A stretch of 63,405 nt of DNA, filler included, from Octopus bimaculoides (GCF_001194135.2; 7 parts of 6 records of this genome joined end to end with filler, not necessarily neighbours in it), one strand, 5' to 3'. Shown: positions 34,596 to 48,391, counted from the first letter of the whole stretch. Program-made: numbers and translations. The notes: generated by a model not told the origin, from the letters alone.

Positions 34596-37078
34596 GGGAT
34601 GATTTCAAAACAAAAGTATTTCAAGCTGCAAGTTCGTCAGTGGGATTTAAATCGCGTAAGTCCAGTGATTGGTTCTCGGATAAATCAGCAGAAATTCATG
34701 ATCTACTTTAAGAAAAACAAAACTTAGGCAATACACTTCTTTCTCAGTCCATGAACCCCATCTCAAACGAAGTTTACAGAAATCTGAAAAAGAAAGTTCA
34801 GACTGCTCTAAGGAAAATTAAACAGGAATGGTGGAATGATGAAGCAAAAGGGGCACAAGAATCAGCTGATAGAAATGACGCCAAGGGTTTGTATTCTTAT
34901 GTTGAGGAGGTATATGGCCCCAAATCTTTTTCAATATCTCCAGTGAGAACAGTAAATGGACGTTTGCTTCTGACCGACACCGTTTCTATTCATAAGCGCT
35001 GGGTAGAACATTTTTCTGTACTTTTGAATAGACCATCATCTACTGACATGAGGATGACAGAAAAAGTCCAAGACTTTCCAGTTATAGAAGAGATGGCATT
35101 TGAACCAACTCTAAATTATATTTATTTAGCTGTGAATAAGCTGAATAACAATAAGTCTCCAGGGTCTGATGGAATCTGTGCAGAGGTCTTGAAATATGGG
35201 GGCGACAAAATGATGGAACTCTTAAATATATTAATTTGTCACTGTTGGAGAACTGAGAAAGTGTCTCAAGACTGGATTGATGCCATTTTAGTCTCCTTGC
35301 ATAAATCGGAGCCAAAGGATCTGTGTGGTAATTTTCGTAGGATTTTGCTTTTGTCTGTGGTTGGAAAGGTATTTGTCCGCATTCTCTTAGAACGTTTAAA
35401 TACCTTCATAGTTCCAAATATGGTGTCTGAGTTTCAATGTCGTTTTCGGTCTCCAGGGGCACAGTTGATTGTATCTTTACTATCAGACTATTTCAAGAAA
35501 AGTGCATTGAACAGAATCTTGCCCTTTACCATTCCTTTGTTGATTTGATCAAAGCATTCGATACTGTTAATCGAAATGCTCTATGGCTAATTCTAATGAA
35601 AATAGGTTGCCCAGAAAAATTTGTAAACATGATCAGGGCTTTGCATCAAGATATGAAAGCTAGAGTAAATTATTTTGGTGGTTAATTTTGGCTCTCTGAA
35701 TCTTTTGCCGTGAAAAATGGAGTAAAGCAAGGAGACCTTGATGCACCTTCTCTGCAATATATTTTACTCTTGTGTTGTCACATGCTTTTCAAAACTTCGA
35801 GGAGGGTATTTACATAAAATATCAAACAACAGGGAATATTTTTAATCTGACCAGACTGAAATTCAAAACGAAGGTTTTTTACTTCACTCATTAGGGAACT
35901 CTTATACGCTGACGATTGCGATCGAGTTAGTCATTCTGAAACAAGTCTGCAATCTCTTGAATCTGCATTTGACTCAGCTTGTGAGGATTTCGGTTTGACC
36001 ATCAACTTGAAAAAAACAGTTGTAATGTATCTACCTGCATATGGTGCTATTTGCAACCCCCACTAAAATTTTTGTTAAGGGTAAGCTACTTGAGGTTGTT
36101 GATTCTTTCATCTACCTTGGAAGCTCTGTACAAAATGAGGGAAATCTGGACACAGAGATACATCTGCGAATTCAGAGGGCAGCACAAGCACTTGGTGGCT
36201 TGGAGTCACGCGCTTGGCGCCAACGACATAAATAACGATACAAAATTGGCTCTTTACAAATCATTTATCCTACTAACCCTGTTCTGAAACATGGACATAT
36301 TATGAAAGACATTTCAAATTGTTAGAACAATTTCACCAAAAATGCCTTCATCGCATTTCAAACATTAAATGGAGTTCTTTTACTCCAAACACAGATGTCC
36401 TTGCGTCTGCAGATATCACCTCAATTAAAGCAATGATTTTTGAAAAACCAAATGAGATGGTGTGGCCATATTGTTCGAATGGCTAATGAACGCACACCCA
36501 AACAGCTGTTTTATGGTGAGCTTGAAGAGGAGAAACGCTATCGGCGTAAACCTAGAAAAAGGTTTAAGGGCGGCATAAGGACTACAATGAAGTCACTTGG
36601 AATGGATCCAGAAGACATAGAAACCCTTGCTACGGATCGAGCTGGATGGCGAACAAAAGTGTAGAGTGGAGTGAAAGCGTTTGAAGAGGCCAGGATAACG
36701 CATGCAAGATTCAAGAGAGATTTAAAGAAGAATGTTACGATCGAGAAGGTGAATCACAATGACCTTTTTGCGTGCAGTTTGTGACAGACCATGCCTTTCT
36801 TTTGTTGGGCTCAAATCTCATTTGCGAACCCATGGAAAATGAACCTCCACCAACTATTCTGCCTACATGTCTGTGCACACCTTTCAATGTAATGTGTGCC
36901 AGAAGGTCTTCAAATCTAACGGCGGCCTCAAAAGACATTTTAAGATCCACAAAGGTCAGAACTTAACTGCAGCTGTTTGTGGTCCAAATCGAATATGCAA
37001 TCTATGTGGGTTCTTTTCGAAACATTGTCTGGTTTTAAAAGCCACATGAGATGCCGGTGGTCAAACTCTGCATAAGGA
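34596..37078 (+). mobile_element. Degenerate RTE/BovB-type LINE: RT with YADD and C-terminal C2H2 fingers
   Basis: KSPGSDGICAEVLK, DLIKAFDTVNR, LLYADDC at ~35900, WCGHIVRM, CNVCQKVFKSNGGLKRHFKIH; many stops and frameshifts. Confidence 0.9.
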
Positions 37079-37108
37079 GTAGACAACCACCATATATATA
37101 TATGACAA

Positions 37109-37154
<46 letters not shown>

Positions 37155-37830
37155 GGATCAAAGGATTCGATTGAACATGCATCATAATGACCGAGTAATT
37201 TACAATTATGCTACTATTCATCGCACCCGCTCTAATTTAAGTAAATGATAAAAACATCGCCGTTTAAGCTGATGTACTTGAAACAGAACAGATGGGTGTT
37301 TTTCTCTCTCTCTCTCTCTNNNNNNNNNNNNNNNNNNNNNNNNNNNNNNNNNNNNNNNNNNNNNNNNNNNNNNNNNNNNNNNNNNNNNNNNNNNNNNNNN
37401 NNNNNNNNNNNNNNNNNNNNNNNNNNNNNNNNNNNNNNNNNNNNNNNNNNNNNNNNNNNNNNNNNNNNNNNNNNNNNNNNNNNNNNNNNNNNNNNNNNNN
37501 NNNNNNNNNNNNNNNNNNNNNNNNNNNNNNNNNNNNNNNNNNNNNNNNNNNNNNNNNNNNNNNNNNNNNNNNNNNNNNNNNNNNNNNNNNNNNNNNNNNN
37601 NNNNNNNNNNNNNNNNNNNNNNNNNNNNNNNNNNNNNNNNNNNNNNNNNNNNNNNNNNNNNNNNNNNNNNNNNNNNNNNNNNNNNNNNNNNNNNNNNNNN
37701 NNNNNNNNNNNNNNNNNNNNNNNNNNNNNNNNNNNNNNNNNNNNNNNNNNNNNNNNNNNNNNNNNNNNNNNNNNNNNNNNNNNNNNNNNNNNNNNNNNNN
37801 NNNNNNNNNNNNNNNNNNNNNNNNNNNNNN

Positions 37831-37874
<44 letters not shown>

Positions 37875-38654
37875 GAGTGTGTGTGTATACGTACATTTCG
37901 CTTAGACTTGGCGATACTAATAGCTAGTTGTTAGAACCTCGATATACATTTGCTTTAGAGTAAAGCGTTGGTGACTACAGAGCATATTAATGAAATGCAA
38001 GAGAACAGGAGTCACGTAATCGCCTTCATTAACTTATTTACATCTGTTTCTGCAATGAAAAGCACTGCATACAGAGCTAAGTGTCTGTGCAACATTCACT
38101 AGCTTCCTCGGAGCCATTAAAATAAAATATATGTTCATTTCGGAAAGCATTTAAATACATAGAGTCAGTTACATTCACAACTATATATATTTAAAGAACG
38201 ATGTAAAACTTAAAGAATTCAAACCTAAAATAAAAAATAGATAGAATTGTTAATGTAACCCATTATTACTGAACTTTCGATCATATATGACTGTTATGAA
38301 TTTCATCGAATATTTTGACTTGTATCATTGTCTATCTCTGTGACATTCATTAGAATTTGTATGAATTTGTATGTATTTGTATTGTATTTGTATTTGCTCG
38401 TTTAAGCATGTTTTCCCGAATTTTCCCTTGTCACTCTTAAACTGGATCTAGTCTTTCTCATCCGCAAAATGAGCCCCCGCTTAATTTTACTCAGGTTGCT
38501 TTCAGTTTTGGTGTATCGATGCAACTCTGAATTTTGATTACGATCAACCAATTACTTTATCTCGTAAATTAAAGAATCTGATGTTATATGGAATTAAAGT
38601 TGGGAAATTTGAGTAATTTTAGCCGATCAACAGACAGCGTGGCATTAGCAGCTT

Positions 38655-38668
38655 GTTACCATGACAAC
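38655..38668 (+). promoter_or_regulatory. RFX X-box-like motif GTTACCATGACAAC
   Basis: Near-palindromic match to GTTGCCATGGCAAC in unique sequence; motif match only. Confidence 0.3.
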
Positions 38669-38921
38669 CGCACGCTGCGTTGTGGTTCACTATTGTCTGT
38701 GCCGCTGGTATCCTATGTTGATTTCACCCGCATGTTTTGTTTTAATTTTTCTGTGTGTTAGTATATTACATATTTTTCAGTACGTCTGTGTGNNNNNNNN
38801 NNNNNNNNNNNNNNNNNNNNNNNNNNNNNNNNNNNNTTAATTAATTAANNNNNNNNNNNNNNNNNNNNNNNNNNNNNNNNNNNNNNNNNNNNCACACATG
38901 AGGCACACATTTTCTTATTAC

Positions 38922-39031
38922 CGGATATCCACTCGGTTAGAGAGATTTCGATGCCAGAAGGAAGTTTTTCGTCACGTCTATTTACGTTCAATGTTGAAAT
39001 ACTGATATAGGAATCTTTTTCTTCCTCTTTT
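38922..39031 (-). CDS. Candidate exon of a second, unidentified gene (phase 2: KEEEKDSYISISTLNVNRRDEKLPSGIEISLTEWIS)
   Basis: ttattttactatctttag acceptor, G|gtaata donor, one fully open frame in unique sequence; product not recognised. Confidence 0.4.
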
Positions 39032-40644
39032 CTAAAGATAGTAAAATAACATTTTATAACCAATAAAATTTTAATGTACAAAACCGACATTATGCTTCCA
39101 TCAGTGATTTGTCTTGAGGCTAATTTAGAAACATTATTATTAATATTATTAAGAGCAGTGGATCGTTGACATTGCAGATGTGCGGCTAAAATGTCTCGTG
39201 GTGTTTAGTTATAATCCTTTACGCTTCGAGTTTAAATTACACGCCAGCGTCGACATCGAGTTTAAACCTTTCAGATTCGAGGGATTAAAATACTAAGTAT
39301 GTAATAAGGTCAAGTATTAAGTTGAAAAAAAATAAGGGGTAAAGTATTAGGAAAAAGTACTATGGTGAAATAAAGTATCATTGATGTACTAGGGTAGAGT
39401 ATTATGATGAAAAGAAGCATGCATTTTATTTGGAGGAATATACTAGGATGAATGAAGGTAACATATACACTAGACTAAAATATAAAGAAATAAAATACTA
39501 GTTATGTACTTGTGTCAGATACTTGAATGAAATATGTATGCTTGTATGTATGTATGTATGTATATATGTGTGTATGTATGTTGTTTTACTTGCTTCAGTC
39601 TTTGAACTGCAGTCATGCAGGAACATCTTCTTGAAAGGCTCAGTCGAATAAATCGACTCCAAAACATTTTTGTAAAGCCTGGTACTTATTATGTTGGTTT
39701 TCTTTTGCCCAACCGCTACGTTACGAACACGCAAATAAAACTAACCAGTGGTAATCAGGGACGAACACAGACCCCCCAAACACATATATAAAATATACAC
39801 AAACTCGTACATACACGTATGCACACATACGTACGTAAACATTTTCTTGGCCGGCCGTCGTGCGTGCATCATCGATATTCCTCCCTGTGCCTGTGAAAAC
39901 TTGTATCCCTGCCGTAAGGCTTTATTTCCACACACGCCAGCTTAATTTAATTCGTCCTTAGTCGAAAGACATCTGTTGTTATGTACTGTTATTATTTTTA
40001 TTGTATCTGTGTAACATTGTCTGTTTTTTTCCGTCCTTGTTTTCGTATACATTAACTGCTTCCTTCCAAGGAAGCTAATGCGCTTAGCTTAGTTTTTCCT
40101 TGGGGCTGGCTAGATTGGAGCAATATTGAGTATAACCAGCCGAAATTGCAAAGATAATCTGATCTCGACTGAGGAATGAAAACTCCGAATGACCTGTCCT
40201 TGTTTTCTTTGTATCGTCTATCTGGATGTTTTGGTTTCCCTTTCTTGTATCACCTACTGCCTAGATGTTTTGCGTTCTTGTCCCATTTTGTATTATTTAT
40301 ATATATNNNNNNNNNNNNNNNNNNNNNNNNNNNNNNNNNNNNNNNNNNNNNNNNNNNNNNNNNNNNNNNNNNNNNNNNNNNNNNNNNNNNNNNNNNNNNN
40401 NNNNNNNNNNNNNNNNNNNNNNNNNNNNNNNNTATATATATATGTATGTATGTATGTACGACGTGCTTCTTTCAGTTTCCGCCTACAAAATCATCCACTC
40501 ACAATGTGTCACGTAGTAGGAGTGAAACCGAAGCACCATGGTCGGGAAGCAAGTTTCTAAACCTGACTGCCACGCCTGCGCCTTCATATATGTGTATCAG
40601 TGTGTCACAAACTCTTTTCGTTCTGTAACATACGTTTTTCTTAC

Positions 40645-40684
40645 CAATCTCTGAAAGAGCTAAACAGACATAGAGTTCTATAAT
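40645..40684 (-). CDS. Candidate 40-nt exon (IIELYVCLALSEI or YRTLCLFSSFRD)
   Basis: ttccgttttattactgacag acceptor and ATTG|gtaaga donor; internal alternative acceptors would give 15-nt or 6-nt versions. Confidence 0.35.
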
Positions 40685-41261
40685 CTGTCAGTAATAAAAC
40701 GGAATAAATTTTATTTTATTGCAAAATATCTCGGGCGACCATATCTTTGTAAGTGGATTTGGTAGAAGAAAACTGTTCATGTCGGTGCCCCAGCACGGCC
40801 GCAGTTTTATGACTGATAAATTAAAAGATAAACGATAAAAGATAAAGCTCTTTCTAAACAGTATTAATGCTCTGTTATTTTGTTTCTTTTTTATATCGTA
40901 TATATTTTTTAACGACAGAATATTAATAAAGCTCTTAAGGAATGTATTATCATTTTAAATAGACATGGTTGTAAAAAAAATTTATAGTAAAAAGGAATGG
41001 TTAACCGAAATATTAGAATTTCATAGAAAAAGGGAGAATTGCCATTTGCTTAAAAATGAGTCTTTGGAGTGATTGCCTGAAGTTAAGGAATTATTATTTC
41101 GAAGAAAAGAAATCAAGATTTATCAATAGCACACATTTGAAATAAAAGATGGTGATGATTCTTGTGATGATGATGATAATAATGGTAAACTTTCCATTAT
41201 TACCCACAAAGACCAGAAAAGATGCAGAAAAATGCAATGATTCGTTAAATATGTGACTTAC

Positions 41262-41297
41262 TATATGCAGGGTCGGATTGAGATGTTATTAAAAGAC
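41262..41297 (-). CDS. Candidate 36-nt exon (phase 1: LLITSQSDPAY); overlaps an equally plausible plus-strand exon 41271-41315 (GRIEMLLKDLKGYEN)
   Basis: Minus: gttttcataccccttcag acceptor and gtaagt donor. Plus: tatatgcag acceptor and gtaagt donor. Strand unresolved. Confidence 0.35.
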
Positions 41298-41499
41298 CTG
41301 AAGGGGTATGAAAACGTAAGTTACGTAATTATATGAACTAAAAATTTTATAAAACGCAGAAGTTTTTATGGAAATGATTTTTTTTTTTAAATATGATAAA
41401 ATATACAATATTTGATAAAAGATATTTTTATATGAAAAGTAAACTTCTGCCTACGTTAATTTTCCACTTGAGGCTTTTGTGTCTTGGTGGACAAGTAAT

Positions 41500-43580
41500 T
41501 GCGCATGTTTTCTAGGTCGTGGAAATGGCACATTACGTGAAATCTATACGAAATCTTTTCTAGTATTCTTTAATCTTTATGCCGTTTAAAATGTAATATT
41601 ATTTCTATCTCGAAATGTTCTTCGCTTAGATATTGTTCTTGTGAATGTCTACGAGTGACATTTCGTTCCGGGCGGAATTTTGTGCCGCCTCTGAAGACAT
41701 TGATTCTTCATTCTTAACTGAGAGGCTCTTCTACGAGGGAAGCGTTACCCATCTCGCCATTTTGTAGCACTACTTTTCTATTTTCCGTTGCGTCCTTTTT
41801 TTTTTTTNNNNNNNNNNNNNNNNNNNNNNNNNNNNNNNNNNNNNNNNNNNNNNNNNNNNNNNNNNNNNNNNNNNNNNNNNNNNNNNNNNNNNNNNNNNNN
41901 NNNNNNNNNNNNNNNNNNNNNNNNNNNNNNNNNNNNNNNNNNNNNNNNNNNNNNNNNNNNNNNNNNNNNNNNNNNNNNNNNNNNNNNNNNNNNNNNNNNN
42001 NNNNNNNNNNNNNNNNNNNNNNNNNNNNNNNNNNNNNNNNNNNNNNNNNNNNNNNNNNNNNNNNNNNNNNNNNNNNNNNNNNNNNNNNNNNNNNNNNNNN
42101 NNNNNNNNNNNNNNNNNNNNNNNNNNNNNNNNNNNNNNNNNNNNNNNNNNNNNNNNNNNNNNNNNNNNNNNNNNNNNNNNNNNNCTGTATTAATATTCTT
42201 TAATCTTTATGCCGTTTAAAATGTAATATTATTTCTATCTCGAAATGTTCTTCGCTTAGATATTGTTCTTGTGAATGTCTACGAGTGACATTTCGTTCCG
42301 GGCGGAATTTTGTGCCGCCTCTGAAGACATTGATTCTTCATTCTTAACTGAGAGGCTCTTCTACGAGGGAAGCGTTACCCATCTCGCCATTTTGTAGCAC
42401 TACTTTTCTATTTTCCGTTGCGTCCTTTTTTTTTTTTTGTTTCTTTTTAGAAAACCTGCTTAACTCCATCAGTCTCCGTCTGTTTTCCTTCTTCGTAAGT
42501 GAATGTGGTTACGTTGTTAAGAGGGTATTGTTCCTGGTCATTTAGAACCAACTGTTCATGCTGCATGTGATTCTTTTTGTCTTCACTAGTCGTGGCTTGG
42601 AAAAGTGACGCCGGGTTTTATTGCTTGCTCCTGGTAACGAGGATAGGAGCGGGGGATATTTTATTCGTTACTTCATGAGTTGTGCTTGGTGTTCCGCTGA
42701 GACCCAAATCCTCCGTGATTTGTTGTTGCTTTTGTTCTTTTAGATGTTCTGTTCAAGAATCTTTTTGATGGTTTTTGCCGCCATTTGTGTAGTAGCTGAG
42801 GCGTCCATTTTCGAGACTGAGCCATAAGGTATTCCTCTCAGTACACTCTGTTGGACCCATTTCTGGTATCGTTTTGTTTTCCTGCGGGATCATGAGGCCT
42901 TATATATCCATAGTTATTCCACCAAACCACATCTCACAGATGCACGTATTGTGCTACGAAGATGACTACTAAACAGAAGTTGATGTCACCATTGCTGACC
43001 CCTGTTGCCGTCTTTCTTAAATACAACAGTACCAAAATAAAGGCAGGTTTGTCGCGAATCTTTTTGGCTTTGCACTTTCTCCAAATCTTCTGTCTCCAAA
43101 TCTCGTTTGGATAAGATAGGATAAGATAGACCGCTACGTTCTTCGCAAGACAGAGCTAAGCTATTTTTCTCCGATCATGGGCTTCTCTAATTCACTATAG
43201 CAGACTGGCTCTAGTTTGATGCATAGATTCTTGAGTTCTTTCGATCTTTCAGCAACATATTTCGCATAGAGAGCTTTTCTTCTCGAAAGAACAATAACAA
43301 AAGACAATTTTTCGTTGGTTCTGTTTACTCTCGAAGACATACAAGAAGACTGTTGCTGTTGTTGTTGTTGTAGGTATTGCTTTGTTGCTCTTGATCTTGT
43401 TGATAAGATTGTTACTCAGTAGAGTTAAATACCTGTATTTTCTTTTAGTTCTTGTTTACTGATAATACTTTGAGTTGAAATTAAAGTGATTTTCTGATTT
43501 TTTGCTTGTTTTCTGTGTGCGGTTTTTCAAAAATATTTTTGCACACATTGTTTTCTCTTTCTGGCGTGGTTGGAAATATT
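41500..43580 (-). mobile_element. Decayed Penelope-like ORF remnant
   Basis: Frameshifted KSLSVKNEESM..RG.KF.P motif resembling the PLE NLS..L...E..L.RG.KF.P region; weak. Confidence 0.3.
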
Positions 43581-43963
43581 CAAGGCCTTTTTAAGCTTCA
43601 TATATTTATTTATTTAATTATTTGGTCAGTGACGTGAAAGAAATAGATATACGTTGTCTTCAAATAAAGGATAAAACATTTTCTTTTACGTTGAAGATTT
43701 CAGACCTTAGGAAGTTTTGTGTATTCCAACGAATAAAATATTCTTTACAACTTTTATTTTGCACTTTTTAATTTTTTTCAGGAGTTCTAAATAACCGTTT
43801 ATAAAAATCTGCAGTGAATGACAACAACAACATTTTTCCTTTTTTTCTGTCTTTCTTCCCTTCTTTTTCTATCACATAACTTGACTTTGTAAATGTTTAT
43901 TTTAATGGGCCACCAATGTATACAATGAACAAGAAACTTGGGAAGAAATGGAAACAAAACTGA

Positions 43964-44007
<44 letters not shown>

Positions 44008-44008
<1 letters not shown>

Positions 44009-44362
44009 CGACTAAACCAATACCTATTGTCATAGGTGCCCTGGGAATGACAGCGAAACGGGCTGATTACTACCTAGCTCAGATACCAGGAAGCCCAAAA
44101 TAGCTGAAGTTCAAAAGATAGTGCTCATGGGAACTGCCCATATCCTACGTAAAATACTGTCTATGTGATCTCAAACTTTAAAACAAATACATAATTTTCT
44201 TACGGTTTCTTAAACATTCTCTAGAACAACACTATGTACAAATCCAAATATATGGTACCCTAGGCATAACACCTACATGAACTTCCAACTTGTTGTCTCT
44301 TGAGATCTCTGGGTGAGACTTGGATCCAACTTGTACAAATGCAAAGCAAAAGTCAAACATGA
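44008..44362 (+). mobile_element. R4/Dong-like (restriction-like endonuclease) non-LTR 3' fragment inside (TAA)n
   Basis: PIPIVIGALG...EVQKIVLMGTAHILRKILSM*; (AAT)n on both sides. Confidence 0.75.
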
Positions 44363-46077
44363 AATAATAATAATAATAATAATCCTTTCTGCTATAGGCA
44401 AAATGCCTGACATTTTTGGGAAGCGGCTAGTCAAGTACATCGACACCACTGGGACTTTCTCTCAACACCTAAAGGATGAAGAGCAAAGTCAACCTTGGAG
44501 GAATATGAAATTAGAACGTAACACCGGAAGAAATACCGCCAAACATTTTTGTCTGATATTCTTGTGATATTATGATAAGGAGAAAGGCGGAGAGCTGGCA
44601 GAAACATCAGCAAGAGGGGCCAAATACTTAGCGGTATTTCATCTGTCGTTACGTTCTGAGTTCAAATTCAGCCGAGGTCAACTTTATCTTTCATCCTTTC
44701 AGGATCGATAAATTAAGTACGAGTTGCGTACTGGGGTCCATCTAATTGACTGGCCGCCTCACCCAAATTTTCAGGCCTTGCGCCTATAACAGGAAAAATC
44801 TTAGTATTGGTAAAATGGTTAGCACGCCGGGCAAAATACTTAGAGACATTTTGTTCCTCATTACGCACTCAGGTCAAATTCCGGGATGGTACTAGTTAAG
44901 TGCTGGGGTTGACCGAATCAACTAGTCCATTCCACCAAAAGGTCAGGCTTTGTAGCTTTAATACAAAGAATATATATAATATGTCAAGGGTGGCTGTGTG
45001 GTAAGTAGCTTGTTTACCAACCACATGGTTCCGGGTTCAGTCCCACTGCGTGACACCTTCAGCAAGTCTCTTCTACTATAGTCTCGAGCCGATCAAAGCC
45101 TTGTGAGTGGATTTGGTAGATGGAAACTGGAAGAAGCCCGTCATATATATATTTATACGTGTGTATATGTATGTGTGTCTGTGTTTGTCCCCCCACCATC
45201 GCTCGACACCCAATGTTGGTGTGTTTNNNNNNNNNNNNNNNNNNNNNNNNNNNNNNNNNNNNNNNNNNNNTTAATTAATTAANNNNNNNNNNNNNNNNNN
45301 NNNNNNNNNNNNNNNNNNNNNNNNNNGTATTATAGCCAAGCTGCAAATGCAACAGATACAAATAGAGATGGTGGAAACATATGTAGGTCAATATTAAGCT
45401 GTATTTAAATCAAAATGTAAATTAGACTTCACGAAACGCTACTTCATCATACTCCTTAATGTTATCATCGTGTGTGTGCGTGCGTACGTGTGTATGTTGG
45501 TCTTAATTCTACAACTTAGTCATTTTCTCTCATTCAGTCGGTTTTGTATTCCGTCCCCCATGACCGACTGCTATGTGTTCACAGAATAGCACGAAAGACG
45601 GTCTTTTCCACAACTTCACATGATTTGAACGGTCACAAAGACATAATGTTTATCGTGGAAGAGATACTGAGGGAAGAGTTCCTATAATTTATTTTTGTAG
45701 TGTACCCGAAACTTGTTCAGTTCTTTATTATTTCATAACTTTAGGCATATGTCATAGTTCCGGAGTACTTTATAATTAGATATGATGACGCGTTGAGCAC
45801 TTTCAGCATGGTAATTAAAATAGACCACTTTGACGATTTCAGATTTACCCTGTTGCGTTTTTGATGCTTATATATGTGTGTGTATGCATTCATATGTACA
45901 TATATATATATATGTGCGTGTGTGTGTGTATGTATATATATATATATATACGTATGTATGTATGTTTATACATATATATACATATGAAAATACAAACATA
46001 TCTGTATAGAGAAATACATACATACAGACAGACAGACAGACAGGCAGGCAGACAAGCAGACAAACAGACAGATAGAC

Positions 46078-46108
<31 letters not shown>

Positions 46109-46238
46109 CAGATAGATAGATACATACATACATACATACATACATAGACAAATTGATAGATACACAAATATATACATATATANNNNNNNNNNNNNNNNNN
46201 NNNNNNNNNNNNNNNNNNNNNNNNNTATATATATATAT

Positions 46239-46333
<95 letters not shown>

Positions 46334-46846
46334 TGAATATATTAGTAAAGGCTGTCAGAAACAGCGTATTATTCTTATTGCCAGATAAATCTAAAGGGAA
46401 ACGTCTTTTGAATATTTATTGCTTTGAGTCAACAAACGAACTTTCTAATTATGTATTGGTGTTTCGTCGGAGCTGTATATTCTATACCTACATATATATA
46501 CATAAATACGTATACATATTCATACATAAACGCACACATATATATACGTATCCATACACATACATATATGTAACTGTGCATATATATATATATACACACA
46601 TATATACATGTATATAAGTGTATACGATCATATAGCTGTTATGTTATTCATTTGCTTGTTTCAGTCAATGGACTGCGGCCATGCTGTGGCACCGCCTTGA
46701 AGGGTCAATGTCGAAGAAATTCGCCATATTACTTTTGAACTTTGTTACTTTTTTACGCCTGCTATTTACTCTATCGGTTTCTCTGACCGGACCGCTAGCT
46801 TATATATGCGCGTGTGTATGTACATATACATATACACATATATGTG

Positions 46847-46884
<38 letters not shown>

Positions 46885-47004
46885 NNNNNNNNNNNNNNNN
46901 NNNNNNNNNNNNNNNNNNNNNNNNNNNNNNNNNNNNNNNNNNNNNNNNNNNNNNNNNNNNNNNNNNNNNNNNNNNNNNNNNNNNNNNNNNNNNNNNNNNN
47001 NNNN

Positions 47005-47053
<49 letters not shown>

Positions 47054-48346
47054 CATACATACATATAGAAATATTTACGTATGTATGCACTTATATGTGT
47101 GTGTGTGCAAGTAGGGTTGAGAAGGTCTGTGAGATGCTGTGCAAACGTTATTGCACCTTAAACGTTAGATTATGCGATCGCCGGCGAGATAACTATCCGC
47201 TACCTGCACGAATAGGAATGCACGGCAGCGAGCATGGTAACCGCAAATGCAATAACCTCTTGCAGAACAATGATAGCATTTTGCATTGGACCATGGTCAG
47301 TGATGGTCCTCCCTGGGTCACGAATAGACAGTCTGATGTCTATCTGTAGGTCTGTCTGTCTGTCTGTCTGTCATTATTCAGTTTCTTTCCAATATCCTTT
47401 GCCAATAGAGAAAGAGACAGATTTCTTCATTCGAATTTCAACATCAGCAAGGTATTTTCGTATGTATGCATGTATGTATGAATGGATGGATGGATGGATG
47501 GATGGATGAATGGGTGGATGGATGGATGGGTGGATGGATGGATGGATGGATGGATGGATGGATGTGTGCAGGTTCATATGTTTTGTTTTATGAATGTATT
47601 CCCATGCATATCGTTTCATATCTAGACATGCTCGTGTACGTCTAAATGATAAACCTTTGAAAGGTTTTACAGACTACATCTCCAACGTATGAAACTATTA
47701 AAAGCACGTGACTGCATGCTGTATGTACATTAAATAATATGTATCTCTCACTGGATTAATTACTTTTTCTTTCGTTGATCAGACGGACAGACAGACAGAC
47801 ACACAGACAGATAGAAAGATAGATAAATAGATATAGGCATATACTTACACACAAACACACACATATATATTCCTTTATTCTTTTACGTCCTCGTAACTTA
47901 GCAATTCGGCCAAAAATCGATAGAATAAGTGCTAGGCTTACAAAGAATAAGTCCTGGGGTCGATTTATTCGATTAAAGGTGGTGCTCCAGCATGGCCGCA
48001 GTTAAATGGCTGAAACAAGTAAAAGAATAAAAGAATATATATATGTGTGTGTGTGTATGTGTGTGTGTGAGTGTGAATGTGTATATATCTATGTGTGAGC
48101 GTCTTTGTGCCTGTGTGTTTCTCCCTAACCATCAATGCTTGACAACCGCTGTTGGTATGTTAACGTCCCCGTAACATAGCGGTTCGGCAAAATACACCGA
48201 TAGACTAAGTACTAGGCTTAAAGATATAAGAGCTGAGGTCGATTTGTTCCACTAAAAACCCCTTGAAGTCGGTGCTCCAGCACCGCCGCAATCATATGAC
48301 TTAAACAAGTAAAAGAATAAAAGAATAAAAAATACTACTATTACTT

Positions 48347-48391
<45 letters not shown>

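Noticed and set aside
41746-41760. CAAAATGGCGAGATGG|gtaac as a first exon (MARW)
   Set aside because: Lies inside the Penelope-like remnant and the artefactual duplication
41564-42438. Identical ~245-bp repeats on either side of a gap
   Set aside because: Both end in the same poly-T at contig ends; most likely an unmerged overlap rather than a real duplication
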